From assembly GCA_963666735.1 (NCBI GenBank), contig OY762926.1, positions 1,440,001-1,504,000 on the forward strand: a stretch of 64,000 nucleotides of DNA, written 5' to 3'. Position 1 is the first letter of the stretch. Each line of letters starts with the position of its first letter. The notes under the pieces were generated by a model. That model was given only the letters and a program-made list of their open reading frames with translations, ran no database searches and was not told the DNA's origin. Source of the stretch: Gemmatimonadota bacterium. Lineage in GTDB: Bacteria; Gemmatimonadota; Gemmatimonadetes; Palauibacterales; Palauibacteraceae. This document shows positions 37,246 through 47,660 of the stretch, piece by piece. A program made the position numbers and the translations under genes.

Positions 37246-39573
37246 TTAGGGGACAAGTCGTTCTGCCCGCGGCTTCACGAGAAACAGTCCCTCGCGCCGG
37301 CTCGAGAGGAGAATCGTTCCGCTCTCGAAGTACGGATAGACGCTCCACGTCCCGTCGAAGCCGGCCGCATCCTCGCTCCAGGGCGTGGTGTCGAAGCTCC
37401 CCGCCTCCATCGGATTCTCGGGGTCGCTGATGTCGAGCACGCGCAGCCCGGCGCGGTTGTTCGACATGTAGAGGCGGTCGCCGCGCACGTAGAGGTTGTG
37501 GTCCGTGACCTTCGTCGGGCTGTAGTACTCGCGCACGAGGAGCGGATCGTCGAGGTCCCGCAGGTCCCACACCAGCGTCCGGGTCTGCTCCACCGAACCG
37601 TTGACCTCGTCCGCCTCATCGTTCGAATAGAAGTACTCGTGATCCTCCGTGAACCAGCCCTGGTGCGCGTACGACACGTTCGGGTATTCGGCACGCGCCA
37701 CCGCGACCGGGTTCGACTTGTCCGTGACGTCGGCGATCGAGAGCGCCGTCTCGTTCGCGTTCACGCAGATCTCGCTGCCCGCGTAGTCTTCGTCCGGCCC
37801 GTGGTAGATCACGCACTGCGTGTCGTGCGAGTTGCCGGTGTTTCGCCGCCCCGTGTTGGGATGGGCGAAGCAGCCCGCGAAGACGGGATTGAGCGGGTCG
37901 TTGATGTCGACGATGTGGGACCCGCCGCCGCACGTCTCTCCTCCGCCCGAGGCTCCCACAAGGTAGGCGAAGCCCGTCTCCTCGTTGATCGCGACGTTGT
38001 GGACGGAGGCGACATCCTCGTACAGCGCCGTCGGCGCGAACTCGCGGGCCGACGTCACGTCGCGCAACTGCGTGAGGTCGAAGATCTGCATCCCGTGCTG
38101 CCCCGCCCCGTCCGCGACGACGAACATGTGGTCCCTGAACACCTTCATGTCGCGCCACGTGTTGGACCGGCTGCCGGATGTCTTGGCGAGATTCCCGAGG
38201 TAGCGCGGGTTGAAGGCGTCCGTGACGTCGACGAAGGCCGTGCCGTCCATGCGGCCGACGAGGGCGTATTCGCGGCCGGTCTGCGGGTCGGTCCAGCCCC
38301 AGACATCGTTGAGTCGCGCGCCGCGGCCCGCTCCGAGTTCTTCGCGGGGGAGGAAGGAGAGGAGATCCACGCGGTCGCAGTCGAATCCCTCTGCGAGTCC
38401 CTCCTCGCAGTCGATCTGGCCGCCCGAGATCGAGGAGAGTCCGACCTGTTCGCTCACCAGCCGCGTCACGGTGCCGGCCTCGGCGTCCCGGACGATGGCG
38501 GACCCGGCCCCGAAGTCGTCAGTGGGCAGACCCGCCACGACCCGGCCGCCTCCCGCGGCCACCACACGGCCCGCCGGGGCGGGTTCGCGGCCCGGCATCT
38601 CCCACCCGTCGGCAACGGTCCAACCGTTTTCCGCGCGTTCGAGCCGGTACACGAGGCCCCGCCCAGATGCGGCACGGGGCGCGCCGACCCACGCGACGGG
38701 GCCCTCCACAGCGAGGGCGGCCCCGAAGGCCGCGGGGGCCTGGTTGCCGGGCCCGATGGCGCCGGCGGGCTCCCAGTCGCCGTCGGCGTTCCTTGCGAAT
38801 CGGTGGACGGCGCCGAGCCCCTCGTCCTCTCCGGCTGCCCCCACCAGCGCTTCGTCGCCCGCGAACGCCACGACCGATCCGAAGGCGCGGCCGGCGGCTC
38901 CCTCGTCGTCGCCCAGTTGGGCTACGCGCCCCCAGCCCGCGGCCGCGTCGTAGCGAAACAGGTACGCCGCGCCGCGACCCTCGCCAGCGAACGGCGCGCC
39001 GATCAGCGCGCGGTCTCCGTCCAGCGCGATCGAGGTCCCGAAACCCGCCGGACCGCGGTCCGGCGCGAGGCGAGTGTCCTCCTCCCAGCCACCGCCGGAC
39101 GCGCGCCGGTAGGCGACGACGATCTCCTGTCCGCTCGAGCCGTCCCGCCCCGCCACGAGGAGATGGTCGTCTCCGGCGGCCAGGGAGCGCCCGAACTCTT
39201 CCAGACCGGGTGAGGGAATCTCTGCCGCGTGGAACCATTCGGACCCGCGCTCGAACACGTGCACGGCCCCCGCCCCCGGCGCGCCCACGAACAACCAGGA
39301 ACCGGCAGCCGCCAACGCAACGCCGAAGCGGTCTCGCACGACCGCCTCCGGCGCGTACAGTGCCTGGACCTCCGTCCAGCTTCCGGCGCGGAACACGCGT
39401 ACGCTCCCCGGCTCCCGTTCGGACACGGGTTCTCCCACCAGCACTTCGTCCTCGCCGACAAGCACCGAGGTACCGAACCCCTGCGCGGCCAGCGCGCCGG
39501 GGGTGGCCATCGCGGCAAGAACAGCAAGGCCGACGAAGGCGGCAAAGTTGGCGGCGACTGATCGAATCTTCAT
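37246..39573 (-). CDS. FG-GAP repeat plus choice-of-anchor B family protein
   Basis: Repeated FG.s.a...d..lvGAp..G.vy.F blades followed by an LVIVD/anchor-B domain; ATGA overlap with the upstream gene. Confidence 0.88.
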   Translation of the reverse strand: MKIRSVAANFAAFVGLAVLAAMATPGALAAQGFGTSVLVGEDEVLVGEPVSEREPGSVRVFRAGSWTEVQALYAPEAVVRDRFGVALAAAGSWLFVGAPGAGAVHVFERGSEWFHAAEIPSPGLEEFGRSLAAGDDHLLVAGRDGSSGQEIVVAYRRASGGGWEEDTRLAPDRGPAGFGTSIALDGDRALIGAPFAGEGRGAAYLFRYDAAAGWGRVAQLGDDEGAAGRAFGSVVAFAGDEALVGAAGEDEGLGAVHRFARNADGDWEPAGAIGPGNQAPAAFGAALAVEGPVAWVGAPRAASGRGLVYRLERAENGWTVADGWEMPGREPAPAGRVVAAGGGRVVAGLPTDDFGAGSAIVRDAEAGTVTRLVSEQVGLSSISGGQIDCEEGLAEGFDCDRVDLLSFLPREELGAGRGARLNDVWGWTDPQTGREYALVGRMDGTAFVDVTDAFNPRYLGNLAKTSGSRSNTWRDMKVFRDHMFVVADGAGQHGMQIFDLTQLRDVTSAREFAPTALYEDVASVHNVAINEETGFAYLVGASGGGETCGGGSHIVDINDPLNPVFAGCFAHPNTGRRNTGNSHDTQCVIYHGPDEDYAGSEICVNANETALSIADVTDKSNPVAVARAEYPNVSYAHQGWFTEDHEYFYSNDEADEVNGSVEQTRTLVWDLRDLDDPLLVREYYSPTKVTDHNLYVRGDRLYMSNNRAGLRVLDISDPENPMEAGSFDTTPWSEDAAGFDGTWSVYPYFESGTILLSSRREGLFLVKPRAERLVP

Positions 39574-41024
39574 GACGGTCCTCCGGATTCCAGCGATCCC
39601 GCGTACGCGGTGAACAGGTCGTTGATGTAGTGCACGTCGCGTCCCGCGCGGGCCAGATAGCTCGCGGCCACCGCGGCGCGCGCGCCGCTCAGGCAGTGGA
39701 CCAGCAGTGAACCGTTCGATGGCAACCGGTCCGCATAGTCGGGCAGGCGTGTGTACGAAGCATTCACCGCCCCGGGCAGGTGCGACACCGCGTATTCCGA
39801 TGCGTATCTGACGTCCAGCACCTCTCCCCGGCCGTTCGTGGACAGGCGGCTGGCCGCCTCGAGGTCGATCTCGGGAATCGTGGCCGCTTCCCCGCCCTCG
39901 GCAAAGTACCGGTCGAGCGCTTCGTGCTCCACGAACCCCCGCACGTCGTCGAACCCGATTCGGAGCAAACGCCGGACTGCCCACTCGAGGTCCTCCTCGT
40001 CGATGACGAGCGTCATTCTCGCTCCCTCGTCGAGGACCGAGCCCGCCGCGGTGCAGAACGACCTTGTGAGCGGGACGTAGACCGACCCCGGGAGGTGCCG
40101 GGCCATGAACGCCGACCGGTCCGCGCGCGTGTCGATCACGATTTCCGCGGCGCCGTCGCCGCCCCCTCCGGCACAAGCAAGGGACGCCGCTTCCCGCGGC
40201 GAAACCCTGCGCGTCTGCGGGAGACGCCCCAGAACGGAAGCCCCATCTCTGTTATCACGCTTCATGCGGGCGAAGTACATCGGCGGTTCCGGCTGACCCT
40301 CGAGGATGTGGGAGACAAAGGCGTCTTCCCCCTTCAGCGCCGCCGCGATCGCCGGGCTGAAGCGCCGCTCGTAGCCCACGGTCGTCTCCGGCACCGCACC
40401 CAGCGCCTTGCCGCAGGACGAACCGGCGCCGTGGGCGGGCCACACCTGCATGTAGTCGGGCAAGTCGAGGAAACTCCGTACCGAGCCGTACAGCCGGCGC
40501 GCGGCGGGAGCCATCGCCCCCCTGACCCGCGCCGCGGTCTCGAGCAGGTCGGGCCGGCCGAGGTCGCCCACGAAGACGAAGTCCCCCGAGAGAAGGCCCA
40601 TGGGCTCGTCGGCCCCCGCACCCCGATCGGTGACCAGAAACGACATGTGCTCGGGCGTGTGTCCCGGGGTGTGCAGCGCCTGGAACTCGATCTCGCCGAT
40701 CGCGAAGCGGGCCCCGTCCCGGAGCGGCGCATGATCGTAGCTCCCGCCGTGAGCCCACTCATACCGCCAATCCGGGCCGCCTTCGTCCGACAGGTAGAGC
40801 CGCGTCCCGAAGCATTCGGCGAACTCCCGAGTCCCCGACAGGAAGTCGGCGTGTATATGTGTCTCCGCGACCGCGACGATGCGAAGCTCCTCGCTCGCCG
40901 CCAGATCGACGTAGCGGTCGATGTCGCGCTGGGGATCGAAAACGATCGCGTCCCCGGTACGCTGGCACCCGATCAGGTACGCGTACTGCGCGAGCGTATC
41001 GTCGAAAACCTGTCGAAAGAACAT
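39570..41024 (-). CDS. MBL-fold persulfide dioxygenase-rhodanese fusion (CstB-like)
   Basis: ETHIHADF, TPGHTPEH, GRPDL and HGAGSSCGK; two rhodanese domains, the last with CLSGAR. Confidence 0.88.
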   Translation of the reverse strand: MFFRQVFDDTLAQYAYLIGCQRTGDAIVFDPQRDIDRYVDLAASEELRIVAVAETHIHADFLSGTREFAECFGTRLYLSDEGGPDWRYEWAHGGSYDHAPLRDGARFAIGEIEFQALHTPGHTPEHMSFLVTDRGAGADEPMGLLSGDFVFVGDLGRPDLLETAARVRGAMAPAARRLYGSVRSFLDLPDYMQVWPAHGAGSSCGKALGAVPETTVGYERRFSPAIAAALKGEDAFVSHILEGQPEPPMYFARMKRDNRDGASVLGRLPQTRRVSPREAASLACAGGGGDGAAEIVIDTRADRSAFMARHLPGSVYVPLTRSFCTAAGSVLDEGARMTLVIDEEDLEWAVRRLLRIGFDDVRGFVEHEALDRYFAEGGEAATIPEIDLEAASRLSTNGRGEVLDVRYASEYAVSHLPGAVNASYTRLPDYADRLPSNGSLLVHCLSGARAAVAASYLARAGRDVHYINDLFTAYAGSLESGGPS

Positions 41025-41070
41025 TCCGTCGAAGCCGCCTCTCGAAGTCCCTCCAGCGGGGCGGCCACCG

Positions 41071-42252
41071 CTACGGCGCGGTGAGCAGCCCGGCCAGCAG
41101 CGCCACGCGTTCCGCGGCCCGGTCGATCCACACGAACTCGTGCCGCGCGTGGGCGCCGTCGCCCACCGCCCCCAGCCCGTCGAGCGTCGCCGTGTGCTGA
41201 CTCGTCAAGTTACCGTCCGAGCCGCCGCCCGCCGATCCTTCCCCGAGCTCAAGGCCGATCTCGTCCGCCACCCGGAGCGCCCGCTCCCAGAGCGCGACGT
41301 TGCGGGGCGTGCGTTCCAGAGCTCCGCGGCGGGCGACCTCCGTGACCGCGATATTCGTCCCGGGGACGGTCGATCTCAGTCCGAGCATCCCCTCGCGGAT
41401 CCGTTCGGCCTCCGCGGCCGTCCACACACGGACGTCCACCTCGCAGTTCGCGCTCGCCGCGACGACGTTGGGGCGGGATCCCCCCTCGATGAGTCCCACG
41501 TTCATTGTCGTTCCCGTGGCGGTGTCCGCCAGGCGGTCGATCTGCCGGATCGCATGGGCGAGTTCGAGGATCGCCGAGGCGCCCTCCTCCGGGGCGAGTC
41601 CCGCGTGCGAACTCCGGCCCTCGACCTCGATGTGGTACTGGCCGATCCCCTTGCGCCGCGTCTTGAGCCGGCCGCGGGGACCCAGCGCGGGTTCGAGGAC
41701 GAAAGCCCGGGACGCGCCACGCGCCAACTCATGGACCAGCGGCTCGGATTCGGGGCTCCCGATCTCTTCGTCCGAGTTGATGAAGAAGACGGGGGCGATG
41801 CCCACGTCCAGCCCCAGATCGCGTAGCGTCCGCAGAGCGAACACGCCGATCGCGAGTCCAGTCTTCATGTCGAAGGACCCGGGACCCGTGAGTCGGCCGT
41901 CGGACACGTCGACCGGCATCTTCCGCAAAGTGCCGACGGGCCACACCGTGTCCATATGTCCCACGAGGAGTTGTGCCCCACCGGCTGCCGGCCCGTCCGG
42001 CGCCGCTCCCGGGCTGCGCGCGACCAGGTGCCCGCCGCTCGCCCGGCCCGGGATGTGCTCCACCTCGAGGCCGACGTCGCGAAGTACCTCGGTGAGGATC
42101 GCCCGGATACCGCGTTGGGCCTCGGGATCGGTGGAGGGGGACTCCTCGAGCACGAGCTGGGAGATGAAGTCGACGAACTCGTCGCGCAGTTCGGCCATGC
42201 GGCCGTTCACGGCCTGCGCGGGCGTGCTTCCGTTCGCGACGGGGCCGGTCAT
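41071..42252 (-). CDS. M20 glutamate carboxypeptidase-like peptidase
   Basis: GHMDTV, GPGSFDMK, DEEIGS, SHAG, GGSDGN and GAH. Confidence 0.9.
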   Translation of the reverse strand: MTGPVANGSTPAQAVNGRMAELRDEFVDFISQLVLEESPSTDPEAQRGIRAILTEVLRDVGLEVEHIPGRASGGHLVARSPGAAPDGPAAGGAQLLVGHMDTVWPVGTLRKMPVDVSDGRLTGPGSFDMKTGLAIGVFALRTLRDLGLDVGIAPVFFINSDEEIGSPESEPLVHELARGASRAFVLEPALGPRGRLKTRRKGIGQYHIEVEGRSSHAGLAPEEGASAILELAHAIRQIDRLADTATGTTMNVGLIEGGSRPNVVAASANCEVDVRVWTAAEAERIREGMLGLRSTVPGTNIAVTEVARRGALERTPRNVALWERALRVADEIGLELGEGSAGGGSDGNLTSQHTATLDGLGAVGDGAHARHEFVWIDRAAERVALLAGLLTAP

Positions 42253-43085
42253 GCGCCGCCCTCCCCGTCTCCGCCATCCGTCTGCAGCACCCCCTCGATC
42301 AACGTCCGATGGGCCTGGTATTCGGGGACATCCGGAATCCCTCCGGCCTCCTCCACCCGGGTCCGGATGCGGGCCCTGAACCCCTCCGCCGAGTCCGCGT
42401 CCTCCTCGAAGTCCTCCGCGCGCGCGGCGAGCAGGAGCCCGAGCAGGTGCTCCGGGTCCTCGGCGAGGATCTCATCCGCCATCTCCCGGGCGCGGCCCGA
42501 CTCTCCCATGAGGAGACGCAGGAGGCCGACATGGAACCGTGCGTCCGCATCGGTCTCTTCCGGAGGGACAGCGTCGTACGCCTGCAGCGCCATGTCGATG
42601 AAGAAGGCGGCGCGCTCGAAGTCGCCGCCCTCGTGTTCGCGCATCACGCGCTCAAAGAGCCGGTCCGCGACCCCGCGCGGGCCCATCGCGGCCAGTTCCT
42701 CCATGCTCGGCATACCGGCCCCACCGGCATCGCCGGCCGCTGCCCCGGCCGCCGGGGGATCGCCCGCCGTCTCGCCCGGGAGGCCCCCCGTCATCGTCAT
42801 GTCTCCGACCCGCGTCACGCTTCCCCGCTGGACGGACACCGCGATCATCACGGAGAAGGCCACGAGCCCGAGGCCGGAGAGGACCCACGGCAGCAGAGCC
42901 GAGCGAGGCTTTCGCGGCGGAGCGCCCACGGGCGTACCGCATGCGGTGCAGTAGAGCGCGTCCTTCCGGAGCGGCGCCTGGCAGGCCGGGCATCCCGCGC
43001 GCTGGGCGAGCGGGGCGCCGCACTGCGCGCAGAAGTTGCCCGACGCCGGGCTCTCGCAGCGCGGACACGCCGTGGGCCGGCTCAT
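42249..43085 (-). CDS. Double zinc-ribbon, TM and TPR-like protein
   Basis: Four CxxC motifs at the N-terminus, one TM helix and a helical C-terminus (DARFHVGLL..LAEDPEHLLGL). Confidence 0.8.
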   Translation of the reverse strand: MSRPTACPRCESPASGNFCAQCGAPLAQRAGCPACQAPLRKDALYCTACGTPVGAPPRKPRSALLPWVLSGLGLVAFSVMIAVSVQRGSVTRVGDMTMTGGLPGETAGDPPAAGAAAGDAGGAGMPSMEELAAMGPRGVADRLFERVMREHEGGDFERAAFFIDMALQAYDAVPPEETDADARFHVGLLRLLMGESGRAREMADEILAEDPEHLLGLLLAARAEDFEEDADSAEGFRARIRTRVEEAGGIPDVPEYQAHRTLIEGVLQTDGGDGEGGA

Positions 43086-44410
43086 TGGGGCCGGTCGGCG
43101 CGGTCGCCGAGCCGCACGGTCGCCTCGTGCTCGCCGCCGTTACGCAGATAGCGGAGCACGACCTCGTCGCCCGGCTTGTAGGCCGCGAGGGCGTCCGTGA
43201 ACGCCTGCAGGTCTCCGGCCTCGTGCTCCCCGAGACCAATGAGGACGTCTCCTCGCGTGAGGCCGCCGCCCGCCGCGGGCGACCCCTCCGTGACCCCGGC
43301 GAGGAGCACGCCGAAGTCGACCGGCGTGAAGTCGGGCACGGTCCCGAGCCACGCCCCGGAGCCTCCCGCGCGCTGCTCGCGCTCACCCACACCGGGGATG
43401 ACGGCCAGCCGCTCTCGCCGCTCCGCCAGCGCCCGCGCTACGTTCTCCGTGAGGCGGGCCACGCGTCCCAGACCGGCGGCATCGATCTTCTCCGCGTCAT
43501 CGGTGTGCCGGTGATAATCGGAGTGGACGTTCGTGAAGAAGTGGAGGACGGGGATGTCGTTCGCATAGAACGAGGTGTGGTCGCTGGGTCCGAACCCGGC
43601 CTCCTCCCACGCGAGCGGAATCCCTACGTCCGCGTTCGCCGCCGGGACGATCTCCTCCCACTCGGGCGCCGTCCCCATCCCGTACACAATCATCTCGCCG
43701 TCCTCGAGCCGCCCCACCATGTCGAGGTTGACCATGGCCACGGTCTCTTCCAGCGAGATCGCCGGATGGTTCGCGTACCAGGCGGAGCCGATCAGCCCCA
43801 GTTCCTCTCCCGTGAAGGCGATGAACACGATCGAGCGCGCCGGACGCGGCCCCGCGCGGAGGGCACGAGCCGCCGCGAGCACGGCCGCCACCCCCGAGGC
43901 ATTGTCGTCCGCCCCGTTGTGGATCTCGCCCGCCTCCCCGGTGCTCCCGAACTCGCCCAGCCCGAGGTGGTCGTAGTGCGCGCCCACCACGACGGCGCTC
44001 TCCCGCAACTCGGAATCGGCCCCGCGCAGGATCGCGACGACGTTGCGACCCCGTCCCGCCGGCGCGTGAGGTTGCGCCGCACTCGCCAGCGGAAGCTCCT
44101 GGAAGAACCCGTCCTCCCCGCCCGGCTCGAGCCCGAGCGAGGCGAACATCGCCGCGATGTACTCGCCCGCGCAGCGCTCCCCCGCGCTCCCCGAGAACCG
44201 GCCCCCGAGCGCATCGTCGGCCAGGTAGCGCACGGTCTCCATCGGCGTCCCGAGCCGCGCGCCGTACGCCGGGCATGCATCACCCGTGGCGGCACCCGTC
44301 TCCTGTCCCTGCAACCCGGCGGCACTCGCGACCAGCGCGAAGCACACGGCGCTCAAATGGCGCAGCGGCCGCACACGCGTCCTCGCTGCATCTTCCCTTT
44401 GTCCGATCAT
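43082..44410 (-). CDS. M28 family aminopeptidase with C-terminal PDZ domain
   Basis: GAHYDHLG, NGADDNASG, GEELGL, NLDMVGR, SDH and DYH; PDZ segment WLGTVPD. Start approximate. Confidence 0.9.
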   Translation of the reverse strand: MIGQREDAARTRVRPLRHLSAVCFALVASAAGLQGQETGAATGDACPAYGARLGTPMETVRYLADDALGGRFSGSAGERCAGEYIAAMFASLGLEPGGEDGFFQELPLASAAQPHAPAGRGRNVVAILRGADSELRESAVVVGAHYDHLGLGEFGSTGEAGEIHNGADDNASGVAAVLAAARALRAGPRPARSIVFIAFTGEELGLIGSAWYANHPAISLEETVAMVNLDMVGRLEDGEMIVYGMGTAPEWEEIVPAANADVGIPLAWEEAGFGPSDHTSFYANDIPVLHFFTNVHSDYHRHTDDAEKIDAAGLGRVARLTENVARALAERRERLAVIPGVGEREQRAGGSGAWLGTVPDFTPVDFGVLLAGVTEGSPAAGGGLTRGDVLIGLGEHEAGDLQAFTDALAAYKPGDEVVLRYLRNGGEHEATVRLGDRADRPQ

Positions 44411-44564
44411 GGCGCGCAAGCTCGCCGCGCAACGACGGGATGTCCACCTGCGGAGCCGGAAACGGATCGGCACAGAACCCGATCGACTCTTCCCGTGGCA
44501 GGGTTGGACCGGAGGGTGCATCTTGCGGGGATTGTACACGATGGTCTTCCAAGGCGAGGCAACG

Positions 44565-45002
44565 TTGAGACGGAAACTCTGGATGCTGGCGGGGCTCGGG
44601 GCGATCGCGGTGGCGATCACGGTGCTCGCGGCAGGCGGGTTGAGCGAGAACATGGTCTTCTTCCTCACGCCCGCCGAACTTGAGGCGCGCGGGGTCGAGG
44701 TCGTCGATCAGCCGATCCGGCTCGGAGGCCAGGTCAAGCCGGGGAGCGTGGACTGGAATCCGGAGGCCTCCGAACTGCGCTTCGTCATCGGCGAAGGGGA
44801 CATCGAGATCTCCGTCGAGAGCACGGGCGCGCCCCCCTCCATGTTCCAGCCGGGAATGGGTGTCGTCGTGGAGGGAGCCTACGGGGAGGACCACGTCTTC
44901 CGCGCCACGAACCTGATGGTGAAGCACTCGAACGAGTACGCGCCTCCGGAGCACGCGGGCGACGCGGGCCGGGTCTACAAGTCCCTCCTCGAAGACTCGT
45001 AA
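44565..45002 (+). CDS. ccmE: Cytochrome c maturation heme chaperone
   Basis: N-terminal TM, FFLTP, RLGGQV.PGS, P.MF.PG.GVVVEG and VKHSNEY heme motif. Confidence 0.93.
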   Translation: MRRKLWMLAGLGAIAVAITVLAAGGLSENMVFFLTPAELEARGVEVVDQPIRLGGQVKPGSVDWNPEASELRFVIGEGDIEISVESTGAPPSMFQPGMGVVVEGAYGEDHVFRATNLMVKHSNEYAPPEHAGDAGRVYKSLLEDS

Positions 45003-45031
45003 GGGCACATGAAGCCAGGTAGGGCCGCCGC

Positions 45032-47098
45032 ATGCTGAGCACACTCGGCTACGCGTCCGTCATCGCGGGGTTGCTGGCCGCCGTACTGGCCACCGCGGCC
45101 GGCGGCTGGGCCGGCCTTTCCCGCTCCGGCGGGGAGGTATCCAGCGCCCTGGCCCGCCGCGCCGCCTACTTCGCCTTCTTCGCCATGTCGGGCGGCATGC
45201 TCGTGATGGAGATCGCCCTCCTCACGCACGACTTCAGCGTCGAATACGTGGCGCGCGTGGGAAGCCGCGAGACGCCGACCTACTACACGGCGATCTCGCT
45301 CTGGAGCAGCCTCGAGGGATCGATCCTCTTCTGGGGCTGGATCCTCGCCGGCTATGGGGCGCTCTTCGCCTTCACCCGCCGCCGCGAGTTCGGGGCGCTG
45401 CGGGCGGCCGGGGAACCCCTGACCGCGGTCGGCGGCGGACTCGCGCACGGCCTGCGCACGACCCCGCTCGTCCTCGGGGTCATCGGCGTCGTCCAACTCT
45501 TCTTCTTCGGCCTCCTCGCGGGCCCGGCGAATCCGTTCGGTTTCGTGGATCCGGCGCCGGTCAACGGCCCCGGACCCAACCCTCTCCTCCAGAATCACCC
45601 GCTCATGGGCCTGCACCCGCCCATGCTCTACTTCGGGTTCGTGGGGATGACGGTTCCCTTCGCGTTCGCGATCGCGGCGCTGCTGCGGGGGAACGTCGAG
45701 GCGCGCTGGCTCAGGGACGGTCGCCGCTGGATGGTCGCGGCGTGGGCCTTCCTAACGATGGGGATCATCGGCGGCGGCTGGTGGTCCTACGAGGTCCTGG
45801 GCTGGGGCGGCGCCTGGGCGTGGGATCCGGTGGAGAACGCGTCCTTCCTCCCCTGGCTCACGGCCACCGCCTTCCTGCACTCCGCGATGGTCCAGGAGCG
45901 GCGGGGGATGCTGAAGACGTGGAACCTCACGCTGATGATCGCGACCTTCCTCCTCACCCTGTTCGGGACCTTCCTCACGCGGTCGGGCGTCATCGATTCC
46001 GTGCACGCCTTCACGGAGGGGGTCATCGGGCCGGTGTTCCTCGCCTTCATCGCGGGGGTGGCGCTCGTCTCGCTGGCCCTCATCGGGTGGCGGAGCAACC
46101 GGCTGCGGGCGCCCGGGCAGGTGGAGAGTCCCGCCTCGCGCGAGTCCGCCTTCATCCTCAACAACCTCCTCCTCGTCGGCTTCACCTTCACCGTCCTCCT
46201 GGGCACGATGTGGCCGCTCGTCGTGGAGGCGCTGCGGGGGGACCGGATCAGCGTGGGGCCGCCCTACTTCGACCAGGTCGCGAGTCCGATCGGGCTGGCG
46301 CTCATCTTCCTGATGGGTGTGGGGCCGGCGCTCCCGTGGCGGCGGGCAGGGCGGGAACAACTGAAACGGTCGTTCGTGTGGCCGGCCATCATCGGCGCCG
46401 CGACCGGGCTCGTCGTATACGCCCTCGGCATGCGGTACTTCCTCCCCAACCTCACCATCGCGTTCGCCGCCTTCGTGCTGACGACGATCGTCGACGAATT
46501 CCGGAAGGGGATCGCGGCGCGGCGAAGGATCGCGGAACGCTCGTACCTGGGGGCGCTGCGGGACCTGTTCACACGCACGGGCCAGCGTTATGGCGGCTAC
46601 GTCGTGCACGTGGGCGTGATCGTCATCGCGCTGGCGATTTCCGTCTCGTGGACGTGGAAGACGGAACGGGAGATGACGCTCCGGCCCGGCGAGCGGCTGG
46701 CGATCGAGGACTACGAAGTGGAGTTGGTCGACGTGTGGGGGCGGGAGGAACCTCACCGGTTCGTGATCGGGGCGACCTTCGCGGCCTATCGTAACGGGCG
46801 CGGGATCGGCGAGGAGCAGCCACGGATCAACTTCTACACGGCGACGGGACAGAACATTGCGACCCCGGCGGTGAAGAGTTCGCTCACGAGCGACCTCTAC
46901 CTCACGCTGATGGCGGTGGACCCGGAGCGGGGCGAGCACGCGACGGTGCGGGCAATCGTGAACCCCGGCATCGTGTGGCTCTGGATCGGGGGGATGATCA
47001 TGGGCGTGGGCGCCCTGATCGCGATCTGCCCCTGGGGCCGGAGCCGGCTGCGGGCCGCGGGGGCCGAACTGCTCGCCGATCCGGCGGCCGCGGCGTGA
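45032..47098 (+). CDS. ccmF: Cytochrome c heme lyase
   Basis: NPLLQ..HPP, WSYEVLGWGGAWAWDPVENAS and TRSGVIDSVHAF. Confidence 0.96.
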   Translation: MLSTLGYASVIAGLLAAVLATAAGGWAGLSRSGGEVSSALARRAAYFAFFAMSGGMLVMEIALLTHDFSVEYVARVGSRETPTYYTAISLWSSLEGSILFWGWILAGYGALFAFTRRREFGALRAAGEPLTAVGGGLAHGLRTTPLVLGVIGVVQLFFFGLLAGPANPFGFVDPAPVNGPGPNPLLQNHPLMGLHPPMLYFGFVGMTVPFAFAIAALLRGNVEARWLRDGRRWMVAAWAFLTMGIIGGGWWSYEVLGWGGAWAWDPVENASFLPWLTATAFLHSAMVQERRGMLKTWNLTLMIATFLLTLFGTFLTRSGVIDSVHAFTEGVIGPVFLAFIAGVALVSLALIGWRSNRLRAPGQVESPASRESAFILNNLLLVGFTFTVLLGTMWPLVVEALRGDRISVGPPYFDQVASPIGLALIFLMGVGPALPWRRAGREQLKRSFVWPAIIGAATGLVVYALGMRYFLPNLTIAFAAFVLTTIVDEFRKGIAARRRIAERSYLGALRDLFTRTGQRYGGYVVHVGVIVIALAISVSWTWKTEREMTLRPGERLAIEDYEVELVDVWGREEPHRFVIGATFAAYRNGRGIGEEQPRINFYTATGQNIATPAVKSSLTSDLYLTLMAVDPERGEHATVRAIVNPGIVWLWIGGMIMGVGALIAICPWGRSRLRAAGAELLADPAAAA

Positions 47099-47105
47099 AG
47101 GCGGC

Positions 47106-47660
47106 GTGAAGAACTGGGCCCGGTGGGCGCTGCCCCTGGCGGCTCTGCCCCTCCTGGCGCTCCTCTACTGGGGGCTGGGGCAGGACCAGCGGCGGCTTCC
47201 GTCGGCGCTCGAAGGGCGGGAGGCGCCGGCGTTCCGGCTCGCGAACCTCTACAACCCGAGCGATTCGGTGAGCCTGAGCGACTTCGATGGCAAGGTCGTC
47301 GTGCTCAACTACTGGGCTTCGTGGTGCATCCCGTGCATCAGCGAACACCCGGTGCTCGTGCGGCTGCGCGAGACGTACGATCCGGAGGAGGTGGCGCTCA
47401 TCGGCGTCCTCTTCCAGGACACGCCGGCGAACGGGATGCGCTTCATCGAGGAACTCGGCGGAGAGTGGCCGCTCGTCACGGATCCGGGGAGCCTGACCGC
47501 GATCGAGTACGGGGTGTACGGGGTGCCCGAGACGTACTTCATCGGCGCCGACGGCGTGGTCGCGCTGCGGCACGACCTCGCCGTCACGTGGGATCTCGTG
47601 GAGCAGAACGTGGACTCGCTGCTGGTCGCGCGGGCCGCGGCCGGTCCGGCGGGAAGCTGA
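47106..47660 (+). CDS. ccmG: CcmG/DsbE thiol-disulfide oxidoreductase
   Basis: NYWASWCIPC and YGVYGVPETYFI; position in the ccm operon. Confidence 0.9.
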   Translation: MKNWARWALPLAALPLLALLYWGLGQDQRRLPSALEGREAPAFRLANLYNPSDSVSLSDFDGKVVVLNYWASWCIPCISEHPVLVRLRETYDPEEVALIGVLFQDTPANGMRFIEELGGEWPLVTDPGSLTAIEYGVYGVPETYFIGADGVVALRHDLAVTWDLVEQNVDSLLVARAAAGPAGS

